This document shows, piece after piece, positions 42,588-52,866 of a DNA stretch of 64,000 bases; the first letter of the stretch is position 1, and the number at the start of each line of letters is the position of its first letter. Under the pieces are notes generated by a model. The model saw only the letters and a list, made by a program, of their open reading frames with translations. It made no database searches and had not been told where the DNA came from. Source of the DNA: a bacterium (GTDB lineage Bacteria; Bacillota_I; Bacilli_A; RF39; UBA660); contig JAHZGA010000001.1 in assembly GCA_019421005.1 (NCBI GenBank), forward strand, positions 38,265 to 102,264. The letters are read 5' to 3'. The position numbers and the translations under genes were made by a program.

Positions 42588-44378
42588 GTGGATACAGCTA
42601 AACAAGTTTTGAATTTAAACATTGATGATGTATTACCAAATCGTTTTCAACCACGTATAAGGTTTAATGAAGAAGCTTTAGATGAATTAACAAATTCAAT
42701 TAAAGAACATGGTGTTATTCAACCAATAACAGTTAGACCAATTGGTAATAAATATGAAATAGTAGCTGGTGAAAGAAGATATAAAGCCAGCGTTTTAGCT
42801 GGTAAAAAAACAATACCTGCTATTGTAGTAAATTTGGATGATAACAGTTGCGCTGAAATCGCGCTTATTGAAAATGTGCAAAGACAAGATTTAACTCCAA
42901 TTGAAGAAGCTATTTCTTATAAAAAAATACTTGATATGGGAGCACTTACGCAAGAAGCTTTAGCAATAAAATTAGGAAAAAATCAATCAACAATTGCTAA
43001 TAAATTAAGATTATTAAATTTAGATGAAGAAGTTCAAAGAGCATTGTTAGAAAATAGAATTTCAGAAAGACATGCAAGATCTTTATTAAAATTAAGTGAA
43101 AAAGAAAAACAAAAAGAAATCTTACATCGAATTATAAATGAAAGATTAACTGTTAGAAGAACAGATGAAGAGATAAGCAAAGTTTTAAATATAAAAGAAA
43201 ATAAAATGGGTGGAGAAAGTGATAAAATGAATAATAATATTAGTAGTAATCCATTTGGAAATGGAATGAATGAAGTACCTCAAATGAATGCAAGTCAACC
43301 AGTAAATCAATTTGGCGGAATGAACGAAGTACTTCAAATGAATGCAAGTCAACCAGTAAATCAATTTGGTGGAATGAATGAAGTACCTCAAATGAATGCA
43401 AGTCAACCAGTAAACCAATTTGGCGGAATGAACGAAGAACCTCAAATGAATGCAAGTCAACCAGTAAATCAATTTGGAGGAATGAACGAAGAACCTCAAA
43501 TGAATGCAAGTCAACCAGTAAACCAATTTGGAGGAATGAATGAAGTACCTCAAATGAATTCAAGTCAACCAGTAAACCAATTTGGCGGAATGAACGAAGT
43601 GCCTCAAATGAATGCAAGTCAACCAGTAAATCAATTTGGTGGAATGAATGAAGTACCTCAAATGAATACAAATCAACCAGTAAGTCAATTTGGTGGAATG
43701 AATGAGATACCTCAAATAAATCAAGTAGACGTTAATAATTTAATTGAACGAGCAAATCATATTGAAGATAATAGTATGTCATCAATTCCTATGACACCAG
43801 AAAATAATATTCAACCATCAATTGAAAATCTTAATATTCCATCAACTCCTATTGAAGATGTCAGTGAAAAAGAATTAAGACCAGTTCAATTTACCACTAT
43901 TGCTGATGATATGAATAATCAAAACGGATTTAATAATTTAGAACAACAAAATCAAGTTCCAACTGGTAATTCAAATTCTCAAAATACCTTCGTGGATGAT
44001 TTGGAAGATAAAGCTGTTAATATGAATTTTGGACCTGCTCAACCAGAAGTATCACAAATTGACTTTAATATTCCAACAACACCAGTTGAAAATGTTAATC
44101 AAGAAACTCCTATGGCTCAAAGTGTTAATATTCCATCTGCACCTAACATTAATCCAAATATTGAAATTCCATCATTTATGAGTGATGAAAATAGTGAATT
44201 AAGACCTAAAATGCCACAAATTGATATTCAGCCACAAATAAAATTAAATATGGTTCAAGCAATAGAAGATATAAGAAATTGTGTAGATAGCCTTGAAAAA
44301 CAAGGATTTAGAATAGAAAGAGAAGAATTTGACTTAAATAACAATTATCAAGTAGTAATAAAAATTAGAAAAGAATAG
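42588..44378 (+). CDS. noc: Noc/ParB-family nucleoid occlusion-like protein with a roughly 400-aa repetitive, low-complexity C-terminal extension
   Basis: GTG start behind an AAGGAG RBS. The N-terminal 200 aa are strongly Noc-like (..LPNRFQPR.., GERRY, LTQEALAIKLGKNQSTIANKLRLLNL..ISERHARSLL). This is followed by 8.5 copies of GGMNEVPQMNASQPVNQF, an N/P/Q-rich tract, and a short C-terminal domain. Confidence 0.7.
   Translation: MDTAKQVLNLNIDDVLPNRFQPRIRFNEEALDELTNSIKEHGVIQPITVRPIGNKYEIVAGERRYKASVLAGKKTIPAIVVNLDDNSCAEIALIENVQRQDLTPIEEAISYKKILDMGALTQEALAIKLGKNQSTIANKLRLLNLDEEVQRALLENRISERHARSLLKLSEKEKQKEILHRIINERLTVRRTDEEISKVLNIKENKMGGESDKMNNNISSNPFGNGMNEVPQMNASQPVNQFGGMNEVLQMNASQPVNQFGGMNEVPQMNASQPVNQFGGMNEEPQMNASQPVNQFGGMNEEPQMNASQPVNQFGGMNEVPQMNSSQPVNQFGGMNEVPQMNASQPVNQFGGMNEVPQMNTNQPVSQFGGMNEIPQINQVDVNNLIERANHIEDNSMSSIPMTPENNIQPSIENLNIPSTPIEDVSEKELRPVQFTTIADDMNNQNGFNNLEQQNQVPTGNSNSQNTFVDDLEDKAVNMNFGPAQPEVSQIDFNIPTTPVENVNQETPMAQSVNIPSAPNINPNIEIPSFMSDENSELRPKMPQIDIQPQIKLNMVQAIEDIRNCVDSLEKQGFRIEREEFDLNNNYQVVIKIRKE
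43252..43730 (+). repeat. 8.5 near-identical copies of a 54-bp in-frame tandem repeat inside noc
   Basis: Unit ggNggaatgaaYgaagWacctcaaatgaatgcaagtcaaccagtaaaYcaattt, with roughly 95% identity between copies. It produces the two spurious antisense ORFs in the track. Confidence 0.9.
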
Positions 44379-44585
44379 ATCAATCTATTCTTTTAAATTT
44401 ATATATTAAAAGTAGCAATTAATAATATAAGAGGAAGTTGAAATAACTTTCTTGTTTTCTTATAAAATAAGTGTTAAAATATGTTATTAGAGAACTGTTT
44501 TACATATAAATCTTTATGTGAAAGTATATTTTAATAAAAAAATTCAATTTTTTTGTTAAATATGGTTATAAGGAGGAGGAAAATT

Positions 44586-46544
44586 ATGTTTGAATTAGTA
44601 TCAAAATATAAACCAAGTGGTGATCAACCACTTGCTATAAAAGAATTAGTAGAAGGAATAAACAAAGGAGAAAAACATCAAGTTTTATTAGGTGCGACAG
44701 GAACAGGGAAAACTTTTACAATTGCCAATGTTATTGCTAAAGTTATTAAACCAACTCTTGTTCTAGCTCATAATAAAACTCTAGCTGGGCAATTATACAG
44801 TGAATTAAAAGAGCTATTTCCTAATAATCATGTGGAATATTTTATAAGCTATTATGATTATTACCAACCTGAAGCCTATGTAGCAAAAACTGATACTTAT
44901 ATAGAAAAGGATGCAGCAATTAATGATGAAATAGATGAACTTCGCCACCGTGCCACGTCGGCACTATTAAATTATAAAGATGTAATTGTTGTTGCCTCTG
45001 TTTCTTGTATTTATGGTATTGGGGAAATAGAAGAATATCGAAATAAAATGTTAACCTTAAATGTTGGCGATGAAATATCAAGAGATAAAGTAATGTATAA
45101 ATTAATTGAAATGTTATATGAAAGAAATAATATTGAATTAAAAAGAGGAACCTTTAGAGTTCGCGGTGATATATTAGAAATAGTACCAATAAATCAACAT
45201 GGAACAGGTTTTAGAATTGAAATGTTTGGTGATTTAATTGAAAGAATAACTGAATATGATTTAGTAACAGGAACTATAGTTAAAAATAAAAAAACAATCT
45301 CTATATTTCCAGCAAGTCATTTTGTAACAAGTGATGATAAATTAAAAATAGCAATCAAAAACATTCGTGAGGAATTAGATAATAGATTAATAGAATTACA
45401 AGAACAAAACAAGTTATTAGAGCATCAACGTTTAAAAGAAAGAACTAACTATGATTTAGAAATGTTAGAAGAAACAGGATTTTGTAGAGGTGTGGAAAAT
45501 TATTCTCGTCATATGGCTTTAAAAGAAGCAGGAGCAACTCCAACTACTTTAATAGATTTCTTTGGAAAAGACTTTTTAATGGTAATTGATGAATCCCATG
45601 TAACTATACCTCAAGTAAGAGGAATGTATAATGGAGATAGAGCAAGAAAAGAAGTCCTAGTTGATTTCGGATTTCGTCTTCCAAGTGCTTTAGATAATAG
45701 ACCTCTAAAATTCTCTGAATTTGAAAAAAAACTAAACAACGTAATTTATATTTCTGCTACTCCAGGGGATTATGAATTAGAAAAATCTAATAATGTTGTT
45801 GAACAAATAATAAGACCAACTGGTTTACTTGATCCTATCATCGATATAAAACCATCAAAAAATCAAATAGATGATTTATTAGAAAACATAAATAAACAAA
45901 TTGAAAAAAATGAAAGAACTTTAATAACAACTTTAACAATTAGAATGTCTGAAGAATTAACCCAATATTTAAAAAAATGTGATATTAAAGTAGCATACTT
46001 ACATAGTGAAATAAAATCACTTGAAAGGTTACAAATAATTGCAGATTTAAGAAAAGGAAAATATGATGTTTTAGTAGGAATAAATTTATTAAGAGAAGGT
46101 TTAGATATCCCTGAAGTTAGTTTAATAGCAATTATGGATGCAGATAAACAAGGATTTTTAAGAAGTGATCGAAGTTTAATTCAAACAATTGGTCGTGCAG
46201 CTAGAAACTCTCATGGTAGAGTTATTATGTATGCTGATACCATAAGTGGTGCAATGAAAAAAGCTATAGATGAAACAAATAGAAGAAGGAAAATTCAAAT
46301 AGAATATAACAAAAAACATAATATTGTTCCTAAAACAATAATAAAAGAAATAAAAGAAGTTGTTAGCAATACTGAAATTAAACCAAAAGAAAAACATACT
46401 AAAAAGGATTATGAAAAATTAATAATAGAAGTGGAAACTGAAATGAAAACAGCTGCAAAAAATTTAGACTTTGAACGTGCTATGGAATTAAGAGATATTT
46501 TATATGAATTAAAAGCGGAGAAGGGTGATAAAAATGAATCCTAA
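44586..46544 (+). CDS. uvrB: Excinuclease ABC subunit B
   Basis: Walker [11 protein letters not shown], helicase motifs, and the C-terminal UVR domain. Start is at [10 protein letters not shown] behind AAGGAGGAGG. Confidence 0.9.
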   Translation: MFELVSKYKPSGDQPLAIKELVEGINKGEKHQVLLGATGTGKTFTIANVIAKVIKPTLVLAHNKTLAGQLYSELKELFPNNHVEYFISYYDYYQPEAYVAKTDTYIEKDAAINDEIDELRHRATSALLNYKDVIVVASVSCIYGIGEIEEYRNKMLTLNVGDEISRDKVMYKLIEMLYERNNIELKRGTFRVRGDILEIVPINQHGTGFRIEMFGDLIERITEYDLVTGTIVKNKKTISIFPASHFVTSDDKLKIAIKNIREELDNRLIELQEQNKLLEHQRLKERTNYDLEMLEETGFCRGVENYSRHMALKEAGATPTTLIDFFGKDFLMVIDESHVTIPQVRGMYNGDRARKEVLVDFGFRLPSALDNRPLKFSEFEKKLNNVIYISATPGDYELEKSNNVVEQIIRPTGLLDPIIDIKPSKNQIDDLLENINKQIEKNERTLITTLTIRMSEELTQYLKKCDIKVAYLHSEIKSLERLQIIADLRKGKYDVLVGINLLREGLDIPEVSLIAIMDADKQGFLRSDRSLIQTIGRAARNSHGRVIMYADTISGAMKKAIDETNRRRKIQIEYNKKHNIVPKTIIKEIKEVVSNTEIKPKEKHTKKDYEKLIIEVETEMKTAAKNLDFERAMELRDILYELKAEKGDKNES

Positions 46545-47301
46545 TTTTTTAGAAATAGGTCCAATAAGTATAAAGTGGTATGCGGTTATAATTTTAACAG
46601 GAATAATTTTAGGAACACTTTTAGCAATAAAAGAAGCTAAAAAACATAATATTTCAGCTGACTTTATGTTAGATTTAATTATAGGAACTATAATTTCAGC
46701 TATAATAGGCGCTAGAATTTACTATGTAATTTTTGAATTTGATTATTATATTTTTAATATTTCTGAAATATTAAAAATATGGCATGGCGGATTAGCAATA
46801 CATGGTGGATTAATCTTTGGAGCAATTTTTATAATAGCTTATACTAAATATAAAAAAGTAAATACTTTAAAGATTATTGATATAATTGCACCAAGTATAC
46901 TTTTAGGTCAAGCAATAGGTAGATGGGGTAACTTTGTTAATCAAGAAGCATATGGACCAATTACAACTTTAGAATTTTTAAAAAATATCCACATTCCTGA
47001 TTTTATTATAAACGGAATGAAAATAGATAACAGTTATTATCAACCAACATTTCTTTATGAGTCTATTTGGTGTATAATAGGATTAATAATAATATTGTTA
47101 ATAAGAAAAAAATTAAAACTTGGTCAAACAACAAGTATATATTTAATTTGGTATGGAATAGGTAGATTTTTTATTGAAAGTTTAAGAACAGATAGTCTGT
47201 TTCTAGGAAACTTTAAAATAGCTCAAATAGTTTCTATTATTATGATTATAGTAGGTATATTTCTATTTATAAGAGGAGGGATAAAGAATGAAAAAATATG
47301 A
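46534..47301 (+). CDS. lgt: Prolipoprotein diacylglyceryl transferase
   Basis: Lgt signature ..[14 protein letters not shown].. and HGGLIFGAI.. Confidence 0.85.
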   Translation: MNPNFLEIGPISIKWYAVIILTGIILGTLLAIKEAKKHNISADFMLDLIIGTIISAIIGARIYYVIFEFDYYIFNISEILKIWHGGLAIHGGLIFGAIFIIAYTKYKKVNTLKIIDIIAPSILLGQAIGRWGNFVNQEAYGPITTLEFLKNIHIPDFIINGMKIDNSYYQPTFLYESIWCIIGLIIILLIRKKLKLGQTTSIYLIWYGIGRFFIESLRTDSLFLGNFKIAQIVSIIMIIVGIFLFIRGGIKNEKI

Positions 47302-48172
47302 TTGCGTTATAATTGGAGCAGGTGTTGCTGGTTTAACTGCTGCAATTTATTTAAAAAGACTTAATATAGAAGTTCTAATTATTGAAGCTTCAACTCCAGG
47401 AGGACAAATAATTAATACATCTATAATTGAAAATTATCCAGGATTTACTCAAATTGATGGTGCTTCTCTAGCGCTTAAAATATATGAACAAGTAGAAAAT
47501 TTAAAAATACCTTATTTAAATGAAAAAGTTTTAAAAATAGAAAATAATCATAGAGTAATTACTAAAAATAAAACAATTGATACTGATTATATCATTATAG
47601 CAACAGGTAGAACTCCTAAAAAATTAAAACTTAATTTGGATAAATATATTGGAAAAGGTGTAAGTTTCTGTGCTGTCTGCGACGGAATGTTTTATAAAAA
47701 TAAAAATGTAGTAGTTGTAGGTGGAGGTAACAGTGCTTTAGAAGAAAGTATATATCTATCAAAAATTGTTAATAAATTAACAATATTAAACCGTAAAGAT
47801 AAATTATCAGCTGATAATATCTTAAAAGAAAGAGTAGAAAATATTGATAATATTGAAATAAAATATAATTGTGAAATTGAAGAAGTAATTGAAAAAGATA
47901 ACGTAATAAACGCGATTAAATTAAATAACAATGAAATACTAAAAACTGATGGAATATTTATATTTATTGGTCTTGAACCTAAATTAGATTTTATAAATAT
48001 AGAAAATGAAAACAATTATGTTTTAGTTAATAAAAATATGCAAACAAATATTGAAAATATATACGCGGTTGGAGATGCAATAAAAAAAGATGTTTATCAA
48101 ATCACCACAGCGTTAGGAGAAGCTTCAATTGCAGCTGTTAATATAGCTAAAAAGATAAATGAAAGGAGATAA
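47288..48172 (+). CDS. trxB: Thioredoxin-disulfide reductase
   Basis: FAD motif GAGVAG and the redox CAVCDG motif. Confidence 0.85.
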   Translation: MKKYDCVIIGAGVAGLTAAIYLKRLNIEVLIIEASTPGGQIINTSIIENYPGFTQIDGASLALKIYEQVENLKIPYLNEKVLKIENNHRVITKNKTIDTDYIIIATGRTPKKLKLNLDKYIGKGVSFCAVCDGMFYKNKNVVVVGGGNSALEESIYLSKIVNKLTILNRKDKLSADNILKERVENIDNIEIKYNCEIEEVIEKDNVINAIKLNNNEILKTDGIFIFIGLEPKLDFINIENENNYVLVNKNMQTNIENIYAVGDAIKKDVYQITTALGEASIAAVNIAKKINERR

Positions 48173-48174
48173 AT

Positions 48175-49119
48175 ATGCAAAAAAATGTAGTAGTATTTGG
48201 TGGTGGAACTGGATTATCATCATTATTAAAAGGTTTAAAACAATATCCACTTAACTTAACAGCAGTTGTAACTGTAAGTGATGATGGACATAGTAGTGGT
48301 AGACTTAGACAAGAATTTAATATCCCAGCTGTTGGTGATTTAAGAAGAGTTATTGTTTCAATGTCTGAAACTGAACCATTAGTAGAACAATTATTTAATT
48401 ATCGTTTTTCCACAACAAGTGATTTAGATGGTCATACTTTAGGAAATTTATTATTAACTGCAATGTGTGATATTACTGAAAATATGACAAAAGGAATTGA
48501 AAATTTAGGAAAAGTCTTAAATTTAAAAGGAAAAGTTTTACCTCTAACAGATTCCAATGTTATCTTAATGGGAAAAATGGAAGATGATAGTATTATAGAA
48601 GGTGAATGTGATATAACAAAAAGTAATAAAAAAATTAAAAAAATATTCTATAAAGAAGCTCCTAAAGTTAATCCTAAAGTTTTAGAAGCTATAGCAAATG
48701 CTGATTGTATAATTCTAAGTATGGGAAGTGTTTTCACAAGTATTGCTCCTAATTTAATTTGTAAAGAAATTATTGAACAGATAGATAAAAGCAAAGCTAA
48801 TATAATGTATGTATGTAATATAATGACTCAACCAGGAGAAACTACTAATTTTAAAGCCAGTGATCATGTAAAATTATTAAATAGTTATTTAGGAAAAAGA
48901 AAAATTGATACTGTTATTGTTAATAATGGTAAATTAAGCGAAAACTTAATAAAAAAATATGAAACTTTAGAACAAAAAGATCCTGTTATTGTTGATCGTG
49001 AAGAACTTAAAAAATTAAATGTTAATTTAGTTGAAAAAAACTTTGTATCAATTGAAAATAATGTTATAAGACACAACAGTGCCAAATTATCATTTCAAAT
49101 ATTTTCGGAGATTATGTGA
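48175..49119 (+). CDS. yvcK: Gluconeogenesis factor YvcK (UPF0052/CofD-like)
   Basis: VVFGGGTGLS...VTVSDDGHSSGRLR.. Confidence 0.8.
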   Translation: MQKNVVVFGGGTGLSSLLKGLKQYPLNLTAVVTVSDDGHSSGRLRQEFNIPAVGDLRRVIVSMSETEPLVEQLFNYRFSTTSDLDGHTLGNLLLTAMCDITENMTKGIENLGKVLNLKGKVLPLTDSNVILMGKMEDDSIIEGECDITKSNKKIKKIFYKEAPKVNPKVLEAIANADCIILSMGSVFTSIAPNLICKEIIEQIDKSKANIMYVCNIMTQPGETTNFKASDHVKLLNSYLGKRKIDTVIVNNGKLSENLIKKYETLEQKDPVIVDREELKKLNVNLVEKNFVSIENNVIRHNSAKLSFQIFSEIM

Positions 49120-50039
49120 AATCATTTACCGGACTAGTTAAAGAAGAAGTTAGTAAGATTGATACAATTAAAAGTAATGAATTATCTATTTTATCAGCAA
49201 TTATTAGAAATAACGCTACTGTTGATGATATGATAAAAATAACAACTGAAAATGCTTCTATTGCTAGAAGAATATTTAATATCATAAAAAAATCATATGA
49301 AATTACTCCTAAAATAATTGTAAGAAAAAGCTCGAATTATCATAATAGACATTTATATATATTACAAATTAGTAATAAAGTTGATATCATATTAAATGAC
49401 TTAAGTATAAAAAAAGATAACAAATATTTAAATATTCCTAAAAATTATATAGTAGCAGATGATGATTTAAGAAGAGCATATTTAATGGGGTTATTTTTAT
49501 CAACAGGTAGTATTAATGATCCTAAAAAATCACGTTATCATTTAGAATTTTTAGTAGATAATTTAAATTATGCAGAATTTATAAGTAAACTATTAAATCA
49601 AGATTATTTAAATAGTAAAGTAATTAAAAGAGATAATAAATATATGGTTTATATTAAAGAAGCTGAAAAAATAGGAGATTTCTTAAGAATAATAGGAGCC
49701 AATAATGCTATTTTATATTATGAAGATATTAGAATATATCGTGATCATAAAAATATGACTAACCGATTAAATAATTGTGAACAAGCTAATGTTGATAAAA
49801 TTATAGAAACAGCATCAAAACAAGTAAATGATATAGAATTAATAATAAAAAACAATGGTTTTGAACTTTTAAACAGTAAAGAACAATTAGTTGCTAATTA
49901 TCGTTTAAAATATAGAGATGTTTCTTTATTAGAATTAAGTGAAATTATAACTGAAGAAACTGAAAAACCTATAACGAAATCAGGACTATATCATCGATTT
50001 AAAAAAATAAGTGATTTAGCTAATAAATTTAAAGGCTGA
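49116..50039 (+). CDS. whiA: Sporulation/cell-division regulator WhiA (YvcL)
   Basis: Degenerate LAGLIDADG-like domain (..LMGLFLSTGS..) plus a C-terminal HTH. The yvcK-whiA pairing is as in Firmicutes. Confidence 0.8.
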   Translation: MKSFTGLVKEEVSKIDTIKSNELSILSAIIRNNATVDDMIKITTENASIARRIFNIIKKSYEITPKIIVRKSSNYHNRHLYILQISNKVDIILNDLSIKKDNKYLNIPKNYIVADDDLRRAYLMGLFLSTGSINDPKKSRYHLEFLVDNLNYAEFISKLLNQDYLNSKVIKRDNKYMVYIKEAEKIGDFLRIIGANNAILYYEDIRIYRDHKNMTNRLNNCEQANVDKIIETASKQVNDIELIIKNNGFELLNSKEQLVANYRLKYRDVSLLELSEIITEETEKPITKSGLYHRFKKISDLANKFKG

Positions 50040-50091
50040 TTGGTTGTTATAAATTAATAAATATAGTATAATAATTACTAGAGGTGAGAAT

Positions 50092-51063
50092 ATGAATGAA
50101 ATATATAACAATTTAACTAAATTAATAAAGGAAGCTAATACAATTATTTTTATGACTCACCGAAACATGGATTTAGATGGTTTTGGAGCATCTTTATGTA
50201 TGTATGAAATTGCCAAATCTTTTAATAAAGAATGTTATATTTTCATCAATAGTAAAAAAAATCATAAATCAGTTGAAAAAGCATTCTTAAAATTAAAAGA
50301 AGAAAAAATAGATATCAATTATATTGATTGTCATAGTTATAAAAAAATATTAGAAACAGATCCAACATTAATAATTTTAGATATTCATAAACCTAATATT
50401 GTTGAGTATCCTAAAATACTTGATGAAGTAAAAAAAATCATTGTAATTGATCATCACATTAAAGATCATTCTTATATAAAAAATACAAGTCTATCCTATA
50501 TCAATGCTAATTATTCAAGCACGAATGAAATGGTAAGTGGCTATTTAAGATATTTAAATAAAAAAGTAAAACCATTAATTGCAACAATTATGCTATCAGG
50601 AATTGAAATTGATACTAATAGTTTTAATGTGAAAACATCTTCAGATACTTATGAAGCTGCATCATTTTTAGTTAAAATGGGTGCTGATAATGTTATTAAA
50701 CAAGAATTTTTAAAAGAAAGTAAAGAAGAATTTGTAAGAAGACAAGAATACATTAAAGATAGTTTTATGATTAATAAAAATATGGCAATGTGTTTATTAG
50801 ATGATGTTATAGTAGAAAAAGAACAACTTGCCATAATAGCTGAAGAACTGTTGCAATTTGATGATGTTGAAGCCTCATTTGCAGTTGGAAAAATTGCTAA
50901 TAACATAGTAGGTATAAGTGCTAGATCAATAGGAAAAATAGATGTTGAAGAAATAATGAAAGAATTAGGTGGTGGTGGTCATTATAACGAAGCTGCTGCT
51001 CAAATTAAATCTTCATCAATTGAAAAAATCAAACAAAAAGTTTTAGATATAGTAGGTGATTAA
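50092..51063 (+). CDS. Stand-alone DHH/DHHA1 phosphoesterase (NrnA- or GdpP-catalytic-domain-like)
   Basis: Motifs HRNMDLDGFGAS, VIDHHIKDH and GGGGH. It sits in the yybT(gdpP) position upstream of rplI-dnaB but lacks the TM/PAS/GGDEF N-terminus. Confidence 0.7.
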   Translation: MNEIYNNLTKLIKEANTIIFMTHRNMDLDGFGASLCMYEIAKSFNKECYIFINSKKNHKSVEKAFLKLKEEKIDINYIDCHSYKKILETDPTLIILDIHKPNIVEYPKILDEVKKIIVIDHHIKDHSYIKNTSLSYINANYSSTNEMVSGYLRYLNKKVKPLIATIMLSGIEIDTNSFNVKTSSDTYEAASFLVKMGADNVIKQEFLKESKEEFVRRQEYIKDSFMINKNMAMCLLDDVIVEKEQLAIIAEELLQFDDVEASFAVGKIANNIVGISARSIGKIDVEEIMKELGGGGHYNEAAAQIKSSSIEKIKQKVLDIVGD

Positions 51064-51507
51064 ATGAAAATTATATTTATAAAAGATTTAAAAAAACAAG
51101 GTAAAAAGGGAGAAATTAAAGAAGTAAAAGATGGTTATGGTAATTTTTTAATAAAACAAGGATATGCTGTATTATTAACTAATACAAGCGCTAAAATATT
51201 AAACCAAGAAAATGAATTAAAAAAAGAACAAGAAGAAAAATTAATTAAAAATTGTCAATTACTTAAAGAAAAAATAGAAAAATTAAAATGTCAAATTCCA
51301 GTTAAAACTGGAAAAGAAGAAAAAGTTTTTGGAAATATAAGTACTAAACAAATTTCTTCAATATTAAAAAAATATGATATTGATATTGATAAGAAAAAAA
51401 TAAAAATTAAAGAATCATTAACAACATTAGGTGTTCATGAAGTTGAAATAGATCTTCATAAAAAAGTAACAGCTATATTAAAAGTACAATTAGTAAAAGA
51501 AAGTTAA
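51064..51507 (+). CDS. rplI: 50S ribosomal protein L9
   Basis: [24 protein letters not shown]. Confidence 0.85.
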   Translation: MKIIFIKDLKKQGKKGEIKEVKDGYGNFLIKQGYAVLLTNTSAKILNQENELKKEQEEKLIKNCQLLKEKIEKLKCQIPVKTGKEEKVFGNISTKQISSILKKYDIDIDKKKIKIKESLTTLGVHEVEIDLHKKVTAILKVQLVKES

Positions 51508-51516
51508 GGTGAATTT

Positions 51517-52866
51517 ATGCCTGAAAAAGTAATGCCCCATAATATTGAAGCCGAACAGTCAGTAATTGGTTCAATGTTTTTATCAAAAACAGCTTTAGAA
51601 AAAAGTTTAGAAAATTTAACTAGTGATATGTTCTATTTAAAAAGTCATAGTAAAATTTTTGAAGTAATTAAAGAACTAGTTGATAATGGTATTCCTGTTG
51701 ATATAACAACTGTAACCACTAAATTAAAAGATAAAAAATGGTTAAAAAAAGTTGGCGATGTGGAATACTTAATGGAAGTAATCAACAGTGTACCATCTGC
51801 AAGAAATATAAATGAATATGTAAAAATAGTTGATGAAAGAGCAACTTTAAGAAGGCTTATAGATGAAGCTTTAAATATAGCTAATGAAAGTTATGATACA
51901 AGTAATAAATTTAATGATGTATTAGATAACGCTGAAAAAAAGATATTTAATATAGCCAAGAATAGAAAAGGTAGTGAATTTAGAACTATCCAAGAAGTAT
52001 TATATAAAACTCAACAAGATTTAGAAAAACTATCTCAAAATAAAGGAGATATAACAGGTGTAGCAACTGGGTTTTATGATATTGATAAAATAACTTCTGG
52101 TTTGCACGCTAATGAATTAATAATTTTAGCCGCTAGACCAGCAATGGGAAAAACAGCTTTTGCTTTAAACATAGCTACTAATGTTGCTATGAATAATAAA
52201 CAAACAGTTGCTGTTTTTAATATGGAAATGGGTGCTGAACAATTGGCAACCAGAATGTTATCATCAGTTGGACAAATAGAAGGTAATAAATTAAAAACAG
52301 GCCGATTAGAACACAATGATTGGAAAAGACTAAATGAAGCAATAAGTCGTCTAGGAGAATCTAAAATGTATATTGATGATACACCTGGAATGACTATAAG
52401 TGAAATAAGAGCTAAATGTCGTCGTCTTGCTAGTTCTGACCACGGCTTAAGTTTAATTGTTATTGACTATTTACAATTAATTCAAGGTTCAGCTCTTTAT
52501 AGTGGAAATAGACAACAAGAAGTAGCCGAAATATCAAGATCTTTAAAAACTCTTGCTTTAGAATTAAACGTACCAATAATAGCATTATCACAATTATCAC
52601 GTACTGCTGAAACAAGAGGTAAAGAAGATAGAAGACCAATATTAAGTGATCTACGTGAATCAGGTTCTATTGAACAAGATGCCGATATAGTCGCATTTTT
52701 ATATCGTGAAGATTATTATGAACCAGAACAAGCTATAGATGAAAATACTAGTAAAAGTGAATTTATTATAGCTAAACATCGTAATGGACCTACAACAACA
52801 ATTGATTTAATATTTAAAAGAAATACAAGTACATTTGTAAGTATGGTTAAAGGAAGTGAAGTATGA
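51517..52866 (+). CDS. dnaB: Replicative DNA helicase (DnaB family; DnaC in Bacillus)
   Basis: Walker A ARPAMGKTAF, the RecA-like fold, and the H4 motif IDYLQL. Confidence 0.9.
   Translation: MPEKVMPHNIEAEQSVIGSMFLSKTALEKSLENLTSDMFYLKSHSKIFEVIKELVDNGIPVDITTVTTKLKDKKWLKKVGDVEYLMEVINSVPSARNINEYVKIVDERATLRRLIDEALNIANESYDTSNKFNDVLDNAEKKIFNIAKNRKGSEFRTIQEVLYKTQQDLEKLSQNKGDITGVATGFYDIDKITSGLHANELIILAARPAMGKTAFALNIATNVAMNNKQTVAVFNMEMGAEQLATRMLSSVGQIEGNKLKTGRLEHNDWKRLNEAISRLGESKMYIDDTPGMTISEIRAKCRRLASSDHGLSLIVIDYLQLIQGSALYSGNRQQEVAEISRSLKTLALELNVPIIALSQLSRTAETRGKEDRRPILSDLRESGSIEQDADIVAFLYREDYYEPEQAIDENTSKSEFIIAKHRNGPTTTIDLIFKRNTSTFVSMVKGSEV

Noticed and set aside
43185-43671. Two long antisense ORFs (122 and 143 aa) with internally repetitive protein sequence.
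   Set aside because: They lie entirely within the 54-bp tandem repeat of noc, on the opposite strand. They are artefacts of the repeat periodicity (54 is a multiple of 3).
44465-44480. LexA (Cheo-box) operator upstream of uvrB: AGAACTGTTTTAC.
   Set aside because: Only the GAAC half matches. The second half is TTAC or TTTT rather than GTTC at 4-nt spacing. It is too weak to call without a genome-derived LexA motif.
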